Shown: piece after piece, positions 26,901 to 40,598 of the stretch | Position numbering within the stretch: position 1 is the stretch's first letter | How the letters are laid out: every line of letters starts with the position of its first letter | Source: the human T2T-CHM13v2.0 reference genome, Homo sapiens | NCBI RefSeq assembly: GCF_009914755.1 | Contig: NC_060946.1 | Direction: 5' to 3' (one strand) | Length of the DNA stretch: 64,000 nt | Made by a program: the position numbers and the translations under genes | Notes under the pieces: model-generated | Databases searched by the model: none | What the model saw: the letters and a program-made list of their open reading frames with translations, nothing else | What the model was told of the DNA's origin: nothing

Positions 26901-28261
26901 CGGACGCCTTGAGGCCCTGAGCCCAAGGGGCTGGCCTCTGAACCCAGTGTTAGTGAAGTTCTCCTCAGCCGTGTCCACCTGGTGTCCTCAGCATCTGTGA
27001 CCTGGTCCCCGAGTGAGTCAGTGGGGTGAGCAGCAGGCCAGGGCTCCCCTGTTCCCTGCTGCCGGGGTCCAGGTGCCAGAGGGGATGAGACCCAAATCTT
27101 CTCCCTGCTGCACACAGGCGGGCTTCCCCGGGCTGCGAGAGTGGGACGGGTGCCAAGTCTCCTCCTTTGCCTGTTCGTACCCTCAGCACCTCTCCCCTCG
27201 GTGACAGCTGACCAGGTGCAAACCTGCGTGGGGCCATCACCGAGCAGGGTCACACTCACAGTGGGTGCTGAGTGGCACCCAGGAACTCAAGACGGCCGCT
27301 GAACACATGGTGAGAACCACAAATTTGCAGGCTTAGACTCCCCCGGTTACACTGTCTCTCCATGTTCTGGAACATCCTGAGCTCTGTGACTCCCCCTCCC
27401 TGCCCACTGGGAGAACAACCTCTCTGTGGGCCTCTGTGAGAGAGAATGGACATTCTAGAAGAGCAGGCAGGGGTCTCCTGCCAGTGGCTGGGTCAACTTC
27501 GAGGCAGCAGATCCCCACAGTCTCTCTCCAGACGTGGAAAGTTCTAGATGCCTGGCAACATGGCTCAGTGGCTGGGCCTCAGCGGCGTCCATGCTTTTGT
27601 ACCCCGTGCTGTTATTAGCAGCAGCCTCCTGGGGCCCGCCGCCTGTGCTCCAATTTATTAATCATTTTCCTCTGTACTCATTGTTCTCTCTCTGTTTGCA
27701 GCTTTCCCCCAGCTTTTCACAGTGCAGAAGGGGTGCCTGGTTGCATATGTAAATACGCTTCAGTTATTCTTTGCAGTGTTATCTTCCCGCAGCTTTAATT
27801 TTCTTATTCTTTTCTTCCAAATAAGACTGAAACCCATTTTAGTGAAGAAATTATTCGTTAAGGGAATGGTGTTAGTGTTTGGTATAGGTGCCACCTGAAG
27901 TCAATTAGGGATCAGCGGAATTAATTATTTTCTCTGAGCTGAAATCAGGAAGTGGGAACTGAGAGAAATGGGTCTCCTTAACTCATGGCAGGGAAGAAAC
28001 AGGATTTTAATAGACCTAAGTGGACTCAGTCCAGGAACAGTGTGTTTTGTGTTATCAGCTCCACGCTAAATGGCTGGAGTAAATTTTAATCTAATCTGTG
28101 GAGCTGGCTGGGGCTGGTGGTCCTCACCACCCGGCAGGGAACTGAATCAAACCTGGGCTTGAAAAGGGGAAACGGCACCCACTCTGTTGGAAGCTCCAGC
28201 TTCTAGGTCAATGGCAATGGGAGGAAGAGGACGAGACCCCGAAGTCAGAACTTGAACACCA

Positions 28262-28416
28262 CAGGCGCTGGATTCAGGAGAGGCAGGTGTGTGCCTAGCG
28301 CACAGAATTTAAGGGGTTCTCAAAACCAAGTCATCAAGATAGATCATATTTCAGTGCAATAATGTAAAATATCAAAATTAAGATAGACAAAATATCAACA
28401 TTTTAAATAAGAACAG
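28262..28416. mobile_element. MER96B-like hAT MITE fragment
   Basis: gcgcacagaatttaagggg...gtcatcaagatagatcatatttcagtgcaata...acaaaatatcaacattttaaataagaacagg. Confidence 0.7.
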
Positions 28417-30039
28417 GTTGTTGTTTCTTGTTTGGTGACCTTGTCTATCCTGTAATGGGGATGCCACTTCTGGTCAGTCCCAGGCTCCTGGGGCTGCTGG
28501 CTGGCGTGTCCAGCATGATACGAGTTTACGAGGGTTGCCGATGGTATGCGAGCAGATGGGGCAACTCGGGGCTCTCTGGATAGAGCCGCGATTTTGGATT
28601 GTTGGGCAGTTATTAACTTTTCCAACTCAGTTCAGAATGCGAGAGGCAACTGTGAGAAGTGGATGTAGGAGCACGTGTGTTTCCTTTGGCCTCAGGCACT
28701 GCTGGGCCCACACACTGATCAGGCGTCACCCCTTGGCTGTCCTGAGTCTCAGGCTGGGCTCTCACCTCACAGGCTGAGCGATCTCACTGCTTCCAGACCT
28801 CTCTGAGTCCCAGGACAGAGCGCCGCTGATGGACAGAGCGCAGCTGTGGGGTCAGCTGACAGAATGTACTGGAATGCAGCTTGGTGGTAGTGGGGGGCTC
28901 AGTGCAGGACAGTGGCCCTTCCGTCTCCTTCAATCACCTGCACTGTGGCAGGCGAGGGGGTGCCGGCAATGACAAGGTTGCTGGATCTTGGGACTGAGCT
29001 AGCCAGAAGATCCCTAGTTTTCAGTCTGGCCTCCTTGACTCCTGAAGGATTAAACCAAAAGTGCACCTGGTGTCAGCGAAAGGCTGCAGAAAGAGGCACT
29101 GGGTCTGTCTGCACAGAGCACTTTTCCATGAAGGTTGTGAGCTCCTGGAGAAGCTGCCCAGGGGGAGCGAGGTGGGGACAGTCACTCGGTGAGGGAGAGG
29201 CTGCCTTCCTCTCCAGAACTCTGCTTTCTGCTAGGGTCCTTCCGTCTCCAAGCCTGGTGTCTCCGGGGTGCAGGCACCCTGGGACCGCCAATGGTGTAGC
29301 CTGGGCTGGCCAAGGGCAGTGCTCATCTGCAGACTCTGGGTCTTTAGGGAGGGCACATGCTATGGGCCTCAGGCAGAAATGGGCCTCCCAGAATGACAGA
29401 TGGCTACAGTGAAGGTATAAGCCCCCAGTCGGGGACGCCAGGTCTCATTGCCAGCTCAGCCAAGGGGTGACTCCATTGAGTCCCAAACGCTGTGGATTGC
29501 AGTGGGCAGTGGGCGTCTGGGTGGAACCATAGCCGGTTCTGAGCAGGGCCGTGAGAGAGTTTGTTTTTCAGAAGTTTCTTCTTGTGAATTATTTAGGACA
29601 AGGGGAATTTTCACTTAGAGAATAGCTTGTTTGTTGGACTTATATCAAGAAAATATTGAAATACATGCAGGACTCTGAGTGACAATAAACATCTTCCCGA
29701 AGTTGGTGGGCTTCTCTTGCCATTCTCGCTTGGGAGGGCTTTCTCCAAAGGGGCAAATGTCTGAATGAGGACTGGAACACAGACACATGTTGGAAACTCT
29801 TAGAAAAAAAAAAGTTAGTTTCTTGAACAGTTCAGCATCCCTTGAGAGCGAATTAGGACTGGAATGAGCTAGTGGAAAGCGCGTACCTCGGTCTGAACTC
29901 AGAACCGACTCTAGCCACATTCCTCTGTAGTTAGGGAAAGGGGACGGAGACGGATGGTTTTGCTCTTGAGAAGGTGAGAGCAGGGTGTCTGTGCTGCTGT
30001 TTGCCGTTTGCAGCTGGGGATCCCCAGCATCTGCTGCCC

Positions 30040-30230
30040 CAGGCACGATGCTGGATGCTTTGCAGGTATTTTCTTATTCAACCTGCGCAGAGCAGTGAGG
30101 CATTACCATCTGCATTTTATAAAGGTGGGGAACCGGGTTCAGAGGTGGGATGTGGCTTGCCCAAGACACAGAGCTGATGAAGTGTCACAGCCAGGTTTTG
30201 AACCCATTTCTGTCCGACTTCAAAGCTCTT
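30040..30230 (-). mobile_element. MIR fragment
   Basis: gcattttataaaggtggggaaccgggttcagagg...cttgcccaagacacagagct...gccaggttttgaaccca. Confidence 0.75.
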
Positions 30231-33200
30231 CCTAAACAACTCTCAAAATTCAGAACCATGAAAGAGCCTCTCCTGAAAAAAATCAGCCAGGTTCTTTTTT
30301 TATTCCAAGTAAGAATTAAAAACACAACGCGTTTCTCTTTTTGCCCTGGCTACTAGTAAGCCCAGAGCTAGATTTTGGCAACCTCTGAGTTAGCTGAAGT
30401 TTTTGGAATTTTTACTTCTTTACCCATCTGTGGATTTGCATATTGTCAAAAAGCCCAAATGAAGATTTGTTCTCTAGGAGACTCAGCCTCCAGCCCTCTT
30501 CAGAAGTCCTCGATTATATTTCCAGATCCTTCTTGTGTAGAAACACGTACCTAATGTGCACCTGTTCAGATTCCAGCTGTGTGGAAACAGTGGGATGTGC
30601 GGATGGCCGTTGTCCAGGAGAAATGAAGCTGCGGTAGATGATGGAGGATTCCAGCCCAGTGAATGGCACTAGTCTTGCCTCCATCTTTATTCACTTCTAA
30701 ATCAACTTTAGAAGTATCTGAACTAGCAGGAGGAAAGAAAAGACTTAAAAAGACAAAGTAGATTACAGGAAAGCAATGATTTCTCTGGCTGTTTGTCACT
30801 TCGAGTGCAATACATTAACAAAGTGCTGTAATAAGGAGAGCTACTAAAAAATGATTTATTGATACTTTAGACCTGTTAAAACAGGTTAATGTCAATACAA
30901 TTAGCTCCTGGATCAAGACAATCCCCAAGTTGATAAAAGAGCATTAAATGCCACTCCATCAAAATGGGGGAGGGGCTGAGGACTTTGCCCGCAGGGAAGA
31001 GAGGAGAGAAATGTTCTCTGACAGTGTCCACTCTCCCACCCCTGGGGTCCCCTTGGGCCCTCGCCCCCCAGGACTCCATGGACTGGAGTCTGAGACTCGG
31101 GCTGTTCTAAGAAATGGGCAGTTTTTGTCTGGAAGGCTCGCTGGCTCTGCTATTTCATGGATGAGCGACTCCTGAGTAATTTGGGAGAGTATCGAGCAAT
31201 TGTTATGCTGGGAAAATGGGCAGAGAAGAGCAGGTGAGTCACCAGGAGACTGCCAGAAAATGAGAGTATTCTCAGAAATGAGCAGAGCTCCGGAGCCTGG
31301 TAATGGATGGATGGGTCAGGGCCTGGTCCCTGGGCGCGTCCCCTCACCTTGCTGAGCCTGCTCCCTTCTTGGCCAGTCTATGCAGCTGTGAGCCCTAAGT
31401 GTGGCCCCTGCCTGGCACTGCATGGACCCTGGACCTGCAGACCCCCTCAGTGCTATCTTCTGCTCGGAGGGATCTGTCCTTTGGGGAGTGAATCGAGGCT
31501 GCATTGGTCTTCAGTGCTCCCCTGGGTGGTCATCAGGGCATCACTGCCACAGTGTGAGTTGGGACGATCTTAATGTCATCATCCCAGTCCTCAAAGAGTT
31601 GTTTGAAAATGGTTGCCTTTTAAGGCAACAGTGCACAGGATGAGAATTCAGATGACACAGCCCTGAGTGTGAGGCACCTCAGTCTCCCTCACCCACCCCT
31701 CCCCACCTCTTCTGCACAGGCAGCCGCTGCTTCTGGGCCTGGTTTTCCTTCCAGAGTCAGCCTGCATGTTGACATGCACATGGCTCTGCTCTGGGCATGT
31801 TTGCCGGACACGCCAGGCAGCTTCTGCGGGTTATGTTGCAGAGCCAACGACACCCAAGTCTCGGGGGCTTTTTCTGAATCAAGGGTTGATTTCTTGCTGG
31901 CTGTGCATCTGCTCTGCATTCTTCTTCATTCCCGACCAGGCTGAGGCCCAGCCCTGATGAGGCATGGCAGAGGGAACACAGAAACAGTGAAACACACAGT
32001 GGCTCTTGGAGTGACGCGAGCCACTTTTGCTCGTGTTCATTGGCCAAAGGGTTGGAGCTGAGGGTTCCTGGATTCTGAGCTGGCGGCTAGTGGAGAGGAA
32101 GGGTGTGTGGACAGAGGGCAAAGCGGCAGTGATGGTGTGACATGGGATAAACGGGGTGCAGGGCTGAGACTGGCGGGGGTGGTGGCAGGCCCGCGTGGCC
32201 TCTCCCCTTCCGGGCCTCTCTGTGGAGGCTTTGGCTCTGCTTCCCAGGCAAGGTGAGGGTGTGGTCCAGGGCTCCCAAAGGCTCAGAAACAGCAGGGAGT
32301 AGCTGTGGCAGGGTGGGAGCCTCATGGCCACCTCCCAGCCCTTCACAGAATGCCAGAGCTCCAGAGGACATGGAGCCTTGGCCGCTGGCCTTTCCTTACC
32401 CAGGCAGGGGGGCTGAGTCCCAGAGCTGGCAAGGCAAGAATGGAGACCAGAGCCCCGGGATCCTGGGTCCTGCCAGGCGGGGTCCTGTGTCATGCTGGCC
32501 TTCCCTGCATCTTCACCCGGCACCAGGGGTGGAGAGCCCCGGGCACCCTAGAGTCGGGAATAGGGGGCACCCAGGCCCTGGTGCCCAGCTCAGGGCAGGA
32601 GCTGGTTTGCCCCAGGCTCACTCTTCCCCTCCCTCCGAGACCCCCAGCCTCCAGCTTACTCTGGGGTCTGTGCCGTCGCGACTCTGTCTTCTGGGGTCTG
32701 ACCTGTTCCTGGGCCACCTTGGGCACATCTGTTCTCAGCACCATGGCTGCAGAGCCTGGGGCTTTCAGATGGACTAAAATTCTCTTTCCCAATTCCAAGT
32801 TCTCAGGAGAGAGGGTTGGATGGGGCCAGCTGGGGCCCCTGCCCAACACACGTCCCGTTAGCCTTGCCAGGTGAAGGCAGGCTCTCCATGATCCGGGTGG
32901 ACATCATGGCTGTGCTGATTCGGCAGCTGCATCCAGTGTTTGGATAAGGTGCAGTTTGGGGACAAGGTAAGTGCCCCAAGAGCGGAGGCCTAGTTCATCA
33001 CTGAGGCCATGACCCCAGAACTGTGCCTGGCAGGGGGCAGCAGGTGTTTCTGAATGAATGAATGGGTGAGGAGAAGCCATCTCAGCGCTGGGAGGGAGGC
33101 AGGCTCAGTGAAGATCCGGCCCCCACTCTGGTGAAGGGCAGCAATCCCTATCCCTGTGGGGTCGGGGGTTCCAGGGGTGGCTAGGAGCTGTGGCCCTGCC

Positions 33201-35029
33201 CCTTGTCCTACCTAAACCCCCCAGGACACCAGCTCTGACACCCACCTCTGTCTGACTCACCCTGGATCAGGTGGAAGGCTCTGGCCTGTCCCGAGCCCCT
33301 CCTGCTGCTGTAACAAGGAAGCGGAGATGAACACAAAGACAAAAGCGGCCCCTGCCCCCTGGGCACAGTGGACTCGTGGAAAAGACCCCTTGTTTCCTTC
33401 TTTGTCAGAAGCCCAGGAAAGAGCAGCTCTTTCAGTTTCCAGGACTGATTGCTCAGAGTGTTCTAAGGGATGTCTCTTCCTGAAGAGAAATTCTCCTCCT
33501 GAAAATTACCCATCACAGTACTTTGCGGTCTTTTCTCATTTCTCATCTCAGACCCTTAATAGCCTTGCCAGCGCCAAAGGCCTCCGTGTGACTGTCAGCG
33601 GCTATTACCCTTGTCACCTCGAACGCTGCCGGTCCCCAGCTCTGCAAAGGCCCAGCAAAGCTCTCGCCCCCGTCTCCAGCCCTCTCCAAATGCTCCTGAG
33701 CAGCGGCATTGAGGATCTCATTTCAGCGAGTGATGCCTGGCCTGTGCGGGGGGGACCCTGGGCCGGGGCAGGGAGCCTGGAGAAGGGAGATGTGACCCAG
33801 GTACCCCAGCCAGGCCTGGAAAGAGAAAATCTAAGTCCAAAGGAGGTCTCACCTCTGTCCCCAGCAGCATCTTGGGGTGGGTCGGTCTGCCTCTGAGACC
33901 CCGAGTGCAGACTCTGGGGCAGACAGCACTTAGCTGGAGGCGTGACCCAGGGGTCCTGGGGGCACTTGGGGAGACAGGGAGGTGCCTTCCCAACACTTGG
34001 GGAGGGAATTCAACTTGTCTCTGTCCAGATCGGCCCCGCTCTGGAGAGGCAGCCTGTGGTCCAGAACAGGGAGAGCCATGCCTCAAGAAGCAGGTGCATC
34101 TGCTGGAAGGGAGGCTGGTCAGCAGGGTGCTAGGGTCAGGCTGTGTCCAGCCATCCCTGTCCCCACAGTGTCTGGGGTCCTGGGCAGGGAGCTGAGCATG
34201 GTGAGGCTGTGGACTGGATGGTTCCTGAGGCTGAGGGACCGTTCAGGGGTCCTCAGTGATGCCTTGCTGTTCTAGCCCAGAAATGTTCTCCCTTGCTCTG
34301 CCTGAACTTGATGTGCAGAGCTGCGGCCCCTCTGCTTCCACTGAGGAGTCCTCGCGGGAATGAGGGTCTCGTGCCCATAGACAAACTGGCAGCTGGCTTT
34401 GAGTCCCTCCCTCCATTCCTCCAGGGCTCACCCACCTCGGCTGGCAGGCAGGTGGGAGACAGTGTGCTCCCCCCACACAGAGTCCCTGCTCCTCTGTGGC
34501 CAGCCCAGGGCTCTGACCACACCTGTTGTCATCATCCTTGCAGGAATTCATCCCCAGCTCTACCCAGGCCACGCGCCAGGCTGAGCCCTGCGTGGTGGTT
34601 CTGTGAGTCCCTGGTGCTGGCTGGGGGCCTGGCTCTGAGGAAATGGTCAGCAAATGGTGAGGAAAGAACAGGCAATCAACAAATGCATATTAATCAGCTA
34701 TTCATTTGATATGGACAGCCCGCGAGCAGCTGACAGACGAAGGGATGCTCTGCTGAGATGGACGGGAATGGCTTGTCTGAGATTCTGAATAATCCGAGAC
34801 CTTGGAGATGCATCCCCAGGGCAAGAAGTCTCTGCCTAGGACAGACCAAAGGGGCATTAGTTTAGCTGGGAGGGAAATTTGCTGAGCCTTCAAATCACAC
34901 TGTATCCTGTGTGGGTCCCGGCTCTGAGCTCACCAGCTGCAGGGGCCTCGGAGTCCCGGGCAGATCTGGTGGGCAGTGGGGCTGCCTCGGCTCATGGGGG
35001 AGAAGGAAGTACTCCTGCCCATGGCTGCT

Positions 35030-35230
35030 AACTCTCTCTGTCTCTGTCTCTCTGTCTCCCTGTATCTCTCTGTCTATCCGTCTCTCTCTCTGTCTCTTTC
35101 TCTCTCACTTACTCAGGCTCTTTTTCTCTCTTTCCCTCTGTTCCTCTTTCCCTCCTTCCTTCCCTCCCTCCCCATCCCTCCTGCTCCTCTTTTTCCTCCA
35201 TCTCTCTGCCTGTCTTCTTCCCATTTCTGT
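35030..35230. repeat. CT-rich low-complexity polypyrimidine tract
   Basis: ctctctgtctctgtctctctg...ccttccttccctccc. Confidence 0.9.
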
Positions 35231-36998
35231 TTTCTAATTTGTTAGGAGGAGGAGTCAGTGATGGCCTTGATGTTGCTGGTTTTACGTATTCTACCCACCA
35301 GGTATTCTGGGGTCCACTTTTATCTGATCAAAACTTCGTATAAGTCCTGGCATTGAAAACCCGCAGGATCCCTGAAATGTTTCTCTTGGTTTAGATGGTG
35401 GCAGCTCTGGAGGGACATTCTGTGAAGGGATTTTATTAGTGATGATGACCCAGGCACTGATGTTAGAGCTGAAGGGAACCGAGTCGTCAGAGGCCCTGCA
35501 CCCGCACCCCATTTACTTCATGGCGGGTCTCCTGAGAAGAGCAGGGCCTCGCAGATGGCCTTGGAGTGGGTAGCAGTGCTTTGCGGGGACTTTGTTTTTC
35601 CTCCGTGCCAGGACATTAAGACTCATCCTAGAACAAAGCGCTCCTGGCACAGCAGAGCCTCACCTTGGACCCGGCGACCATCATCTGTTTCTGCAGCTCT
35701 GCTCTTGGGCTGGTGAAGAGCAGGTTCAGCAGCAGTTAGGGAAAAAGTGATGGGCTCAGGAGGAGGGGAGACAAATGTCTGTCTCCATGTGCATGTGCTG
35801 CAGGCGCTTAATAGATAGAGGGCCTGTCTCAGCCACTAGAAATGCCTGCTGACCATGGGGAAGCACTCGCCTCTGCGAGCGTGGGCAGCCATCATCAGAA
35901 GGGCAAGCCCTTGAAGAAGGTCCCCACGTTCTGCAGGATCTGTGACCTTCTCAGGTTCAGGCCTGAGACGGAGCCTCCACAGCTGACCCACATCAGCAGA
36001 GGAATCAAGGGCTGGGCCCTGGGAATCAGACTGTCCAAGGACAATGAACATAGTCCCCGGCTGGTGGCGTCTTTCAGTTTGGTGGCCTGGGGCTGCTTAC
36101 AAGTCAACCTGGAGCCTGACATTCAGCCCAGCTCTGCACCTCGGTGGCCCAGGCGCCTCCACACAGAGCTCGCTGTGCTGACGGGGAGTTGGGACCCTGT
36201 GCTGGACACCTGCTGGTGGTCCAGGCATTGCGCCTGGGATGTACGAGGGCAGCAACCCAGGACTTCTGGCTCCTGCAGGCTGGCAGGAGAGGGTTGGGGG
36301 CATTTTGATGAAGTGAAATGTGAAATGGATAAGATGCTGTGAGTGCCATTTGGAGGACTGCAGGAGGGGCATTGCCGGCAGGTGCAGGGGCTCAGGAAGG
36401 GGTCCAGGGGAGTGGTGGCTGTGAAGCCAGACTTGATGGAGAAGCAGCCTTTCATCAGCCGCACATGTGGGTCAAGGTGAAACCGCATCAGTGGGGTCAA
36501 AGCAGCAGCAGTTTCACGTGGGTTCATGTGGCTGGAGGAGATAGCCGGGGAGGTGGGGTGGAGTGCCTGTAGTGGTGGTGACAACCAGGACAGGAAAGAT
36601 TCTAGCAGGGGCCAAGGTCTGCAGGCTCAGGGAGCCACGGGAAACTCCTGGTGGGCAGCTCAGGAAGGTGGGGCTACGTCTCCCTTGGTGCAGCCACAAC
36701 CTCTGCCTCCCTGGGACCTCCGCCTGCTCCCCATCATCCTGGGGTCCACAGTGAGGGCCGTAGGCTCAGGCAGGTGAGGTGACCTGGTGAAGGACGCATG
36801 GTTGGTCAGCAGGGGTGCTGGGACTCAACCCTGATCCTGGATGGTTCATCCCCTCACACCCAAAGTAGGGTGGGGTGGGTATCCATTCAAAGTGCTCAGA
36901 GTGTGTGCAGGCTCTACTGCACATGACCTCACCAAAGCCTCACCGGAAGTGGCAAGTGGGTGCTGTTGGCTCCGACTCTGCCCCTGTCTCCATTGTGA

Positions 36999-37461
<463 letters not shown>

Positions 37462-38129
37462 CCCTATTCTGTTTGTTGCATTTTGTGCAGGCGTATTTAA
37501 TGCCTTCTGTTTTGGAAGGCACAGCTGTGATCCTTGTGTGCTGATGAGCAGCCTCCATCTGCCCGTGAAGCAGGCTGCATCTCATGCAATTTCAGAAGCT
37601 CCTAAGGAGGTGGTGTGGTGAGACAGCAGGAGTGCTGGCTGGGAAGCAGTGTGGTGAGATGGCAGGAGAGCTGGCTGGGAAGTTTGCAACCTGGGTCAGC
37701 TTCCAACCAGCTGGGTGACCTTGGACTTCTTTCCCCTCTCTGGGCCTTGAGTTTTCTAACTGGAACATGATGATCTTGGGTTTGATGTTCTTCAAGACTT
37801 CCTTCGAAGTAATAATGATATTCCCTCTTTCTCTCTTTTGTCTCTCTCTCTGTCTCTGTGTGTGTGTGTGCATGCATGCCCACAGAAGCATACATGTTTT
37901 GTCAGAGTTGGCATACCAGATATGGAGAGTTTCTCTCTAGGAACCATATTTCCTTGTTGACATCATAGCATCACGCTTTGTAAAGACTCCTGTTCCAGGA
38001 GATCCTTACTTGATCTACCTAACCAGGGTCTCAGTTCAACAATTGGCATCTTGGCTGAGTCCATCCAAGGGCAAACTCCTTCACCACCTACCCAGTCATT
38101 CACTGATCCCTCTTATCCATTCACCTTCC

Positions 38130-38470
38130 CATCTAGCCATCTCTTCTATTGATTCATCCCTCCATCCAATCAACCCATATCCATCCATCCATCCCTCCAT
38201 CCACCTGCCTGTCCATCCATCAGTCAATCAATCCATCCATCCATCCATCCATCCATCCATCCCTCCCTCCCTCCATCCACCCACCTTCATCCTTCCATCC
38301 ATCCCTCCCTACATCCACCCACCTGTCATCCATCCATCCATCCCTCCCTACATCCACCCACCTGTCATCCATCCATCCATCTACCTACCTGTCATCCATC
38401 CATCCATCCATCTACCCACCTGTCATCCATCCATCCAAAATCCATCCTCTTTTCATGCATCGGTCCTACC
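38130..38470. repeat. (CCAT)n-type microsatellite with higher-order units
   Basis: ccatccatcc runs; explains the IHPS-repeat ORFs. Confidence 0.95.
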
Positions 38471-40261
38471 TTGTCACCCACTCATTCTTCCACCACAACA
38501 TGGATCTAGGGTTCAGAACAACCAGAACTAGAATCCCAGATGTACTGGATTCTAGTACATCTGATTGTAATCATTGTTATTTTTGTCTGTGTGGTTATCT
38601 TTCCCCCACACCCCCTCCCTGACAAGTGTGCACTTTCCTGACCACAGAGGTGGACCTGAGGTGCAAGCTGCATCAGCCAGAGTCCCTCTTGTGAGTCTAG
38701 TGAAGGAGGCTGGTGGGGCTGGGCCAGGTGGGGGCAGTGCCCAGAGGACAGGCCAGTGGGTGCCTCCGCCCTAACCCGGAGCTGGCCTGTCTGGTCTTTT
38801 GTCTGGGCCACTCAGCCTTGCTCTTGGGTTCTGTGACCCACCCAGTGTCTTCCAATAAATGTCCTTCTTTGCCGGGCTTAGCACTCAGCTCTGCTGCTTA
38901 TGCGCATGTTTACTCCTTCCGCCCGGGAGGACTCTGCTCTGATGGCGCTCACACTCTTTGAGGGAAACAGACAACATGAGAGAGAGAGTGAGCGCACAGG
39001 CTGACCTCGTGAGGTCAAGTGTTGAATGAGGACAATCAGGGAGACTGGCAGGTGGGGGTGGAAAAGTGGGGTGGGAGGAGCACCTCCAATGGGGTGGTGA
39101 GGGAAGGTAGGGGGCAGAAGGTGCATCCAGAAATGATACCTGGAGAAGTTATTGTAACATGGGAATGTGCAGGAACAGCTCAAGGGTTAGTTGTGGAAAA
39201 GTGTGGTCATTCATGACACAAACTGATTCCTGATGTTGAGCTAACCCTCTGGGCACTGGCAGGTGAATGCTCCTGAAGGCTGTCAGGGGCAGCCCCTCAT
39301 CCAGCCTGACCACCCCCGAGGCCCGAGAGGCACTCGGTGTGCTGGGGAGGGCAGCTGACTGGGCTGACTGGCCATCTGGCATGGGGTCCAGCCTTGTCCC
39401 CTGGCAAGCAGGAGATAGGGTCTGTGGCCAAGAGATCAGCTCTGGCCATGCCTGCAGGTGGCTGATGATACCCTCTGGGCTGTGGGCTGGTCTGGTGGGC
39501 TCAGGACTGGCAGAGGCTGGGCTTGGAGCTGAAGTGGGGAAGGTAGGGGGACAGGCCCATCCTCTGCCCCATGTTCCGAATTCCCTGTGTTGGGAACAGC
39601 AGGAGGCGCATGAGAGAGCAGCCCCGATGCCCCCAGGCTGTCGGGCACCCTGCTGGAATCCGGAGGTCACCCAAGCAGGAACCTGCTGTTTCTGGGTTCA
39701 TGCCCCCATGTGAGAGCCACACCGTGCAGGGACCAGGAAGAGCCTGGAAGTTGTCTGACCTGGCTACCTCTGGCCAGACCCATCTGGGCCCCCCGCATGC
39801 ATGAGCACATCTGGAAGGGGAGCAACAAAAACGTCAACAAGTGCAACAGCTGGAGCTAAACAAGTATGTCAATTGTATGTTGAAAGGATGCACGAGAGAA
39901 ATTTTTAATACACAGCACTCAGGGAAGGAAAAGCTGTCGCTTTGCTCCATTAATTCCCACAATTAACGACAGCAAATCTGTCCCTATCTTTATCTCCAGA
40001 CTTGACCAGAAAGCTATTTTCTTAAAGACGTTATTTCCCAATTACGGAAGTAAGATGTCCCCCTTACAGGTAAGTTCATAAAGTGCAGAAAAGTTTACCG
40101 GCGACGGTTCCATATTGTGAGCGTTCGTGCCAAGGCAAAGATCTTGGGAAGCACAGTAGCTGCCTTCATCACTGGCTTCTCATGAAAACCACGAGGAGGG
40201 TATTATTATTCCCCAATTTCAGATGGGAAAGCTGAGGTCCAGGTGAATTAATAACTCTCCC

Positions 40262-40598
<337 letters not shown>

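Noticed and set aside
32730-32760. REST/NRSE-like TCAGCACCATGG
   Set aside because: The right half (GGACAG) is missing; half-site only
33027-33040. CTCF-like CTGGCAGGGGGCAG
   Set aside because: Mismatch at a core C, lies in L2-like sequence, and such matches are frequent at this GC content
31879-33896. Cluster of 170-214 aa overlapping ORFs; similar clusters at 48833-49731 and 19905-20504
   Set aside because: Open on both strands, Pro/Gly/Ser/Trp-rich, no recognisable domain; expected by chance in GC-rich DNA
37614-37683. Two-copy ~35-bp tandem duplication; similar small duplications at ~60085-60113 and ~62617-62668
   Set aside because: Ordinary slippage events with no notable motif
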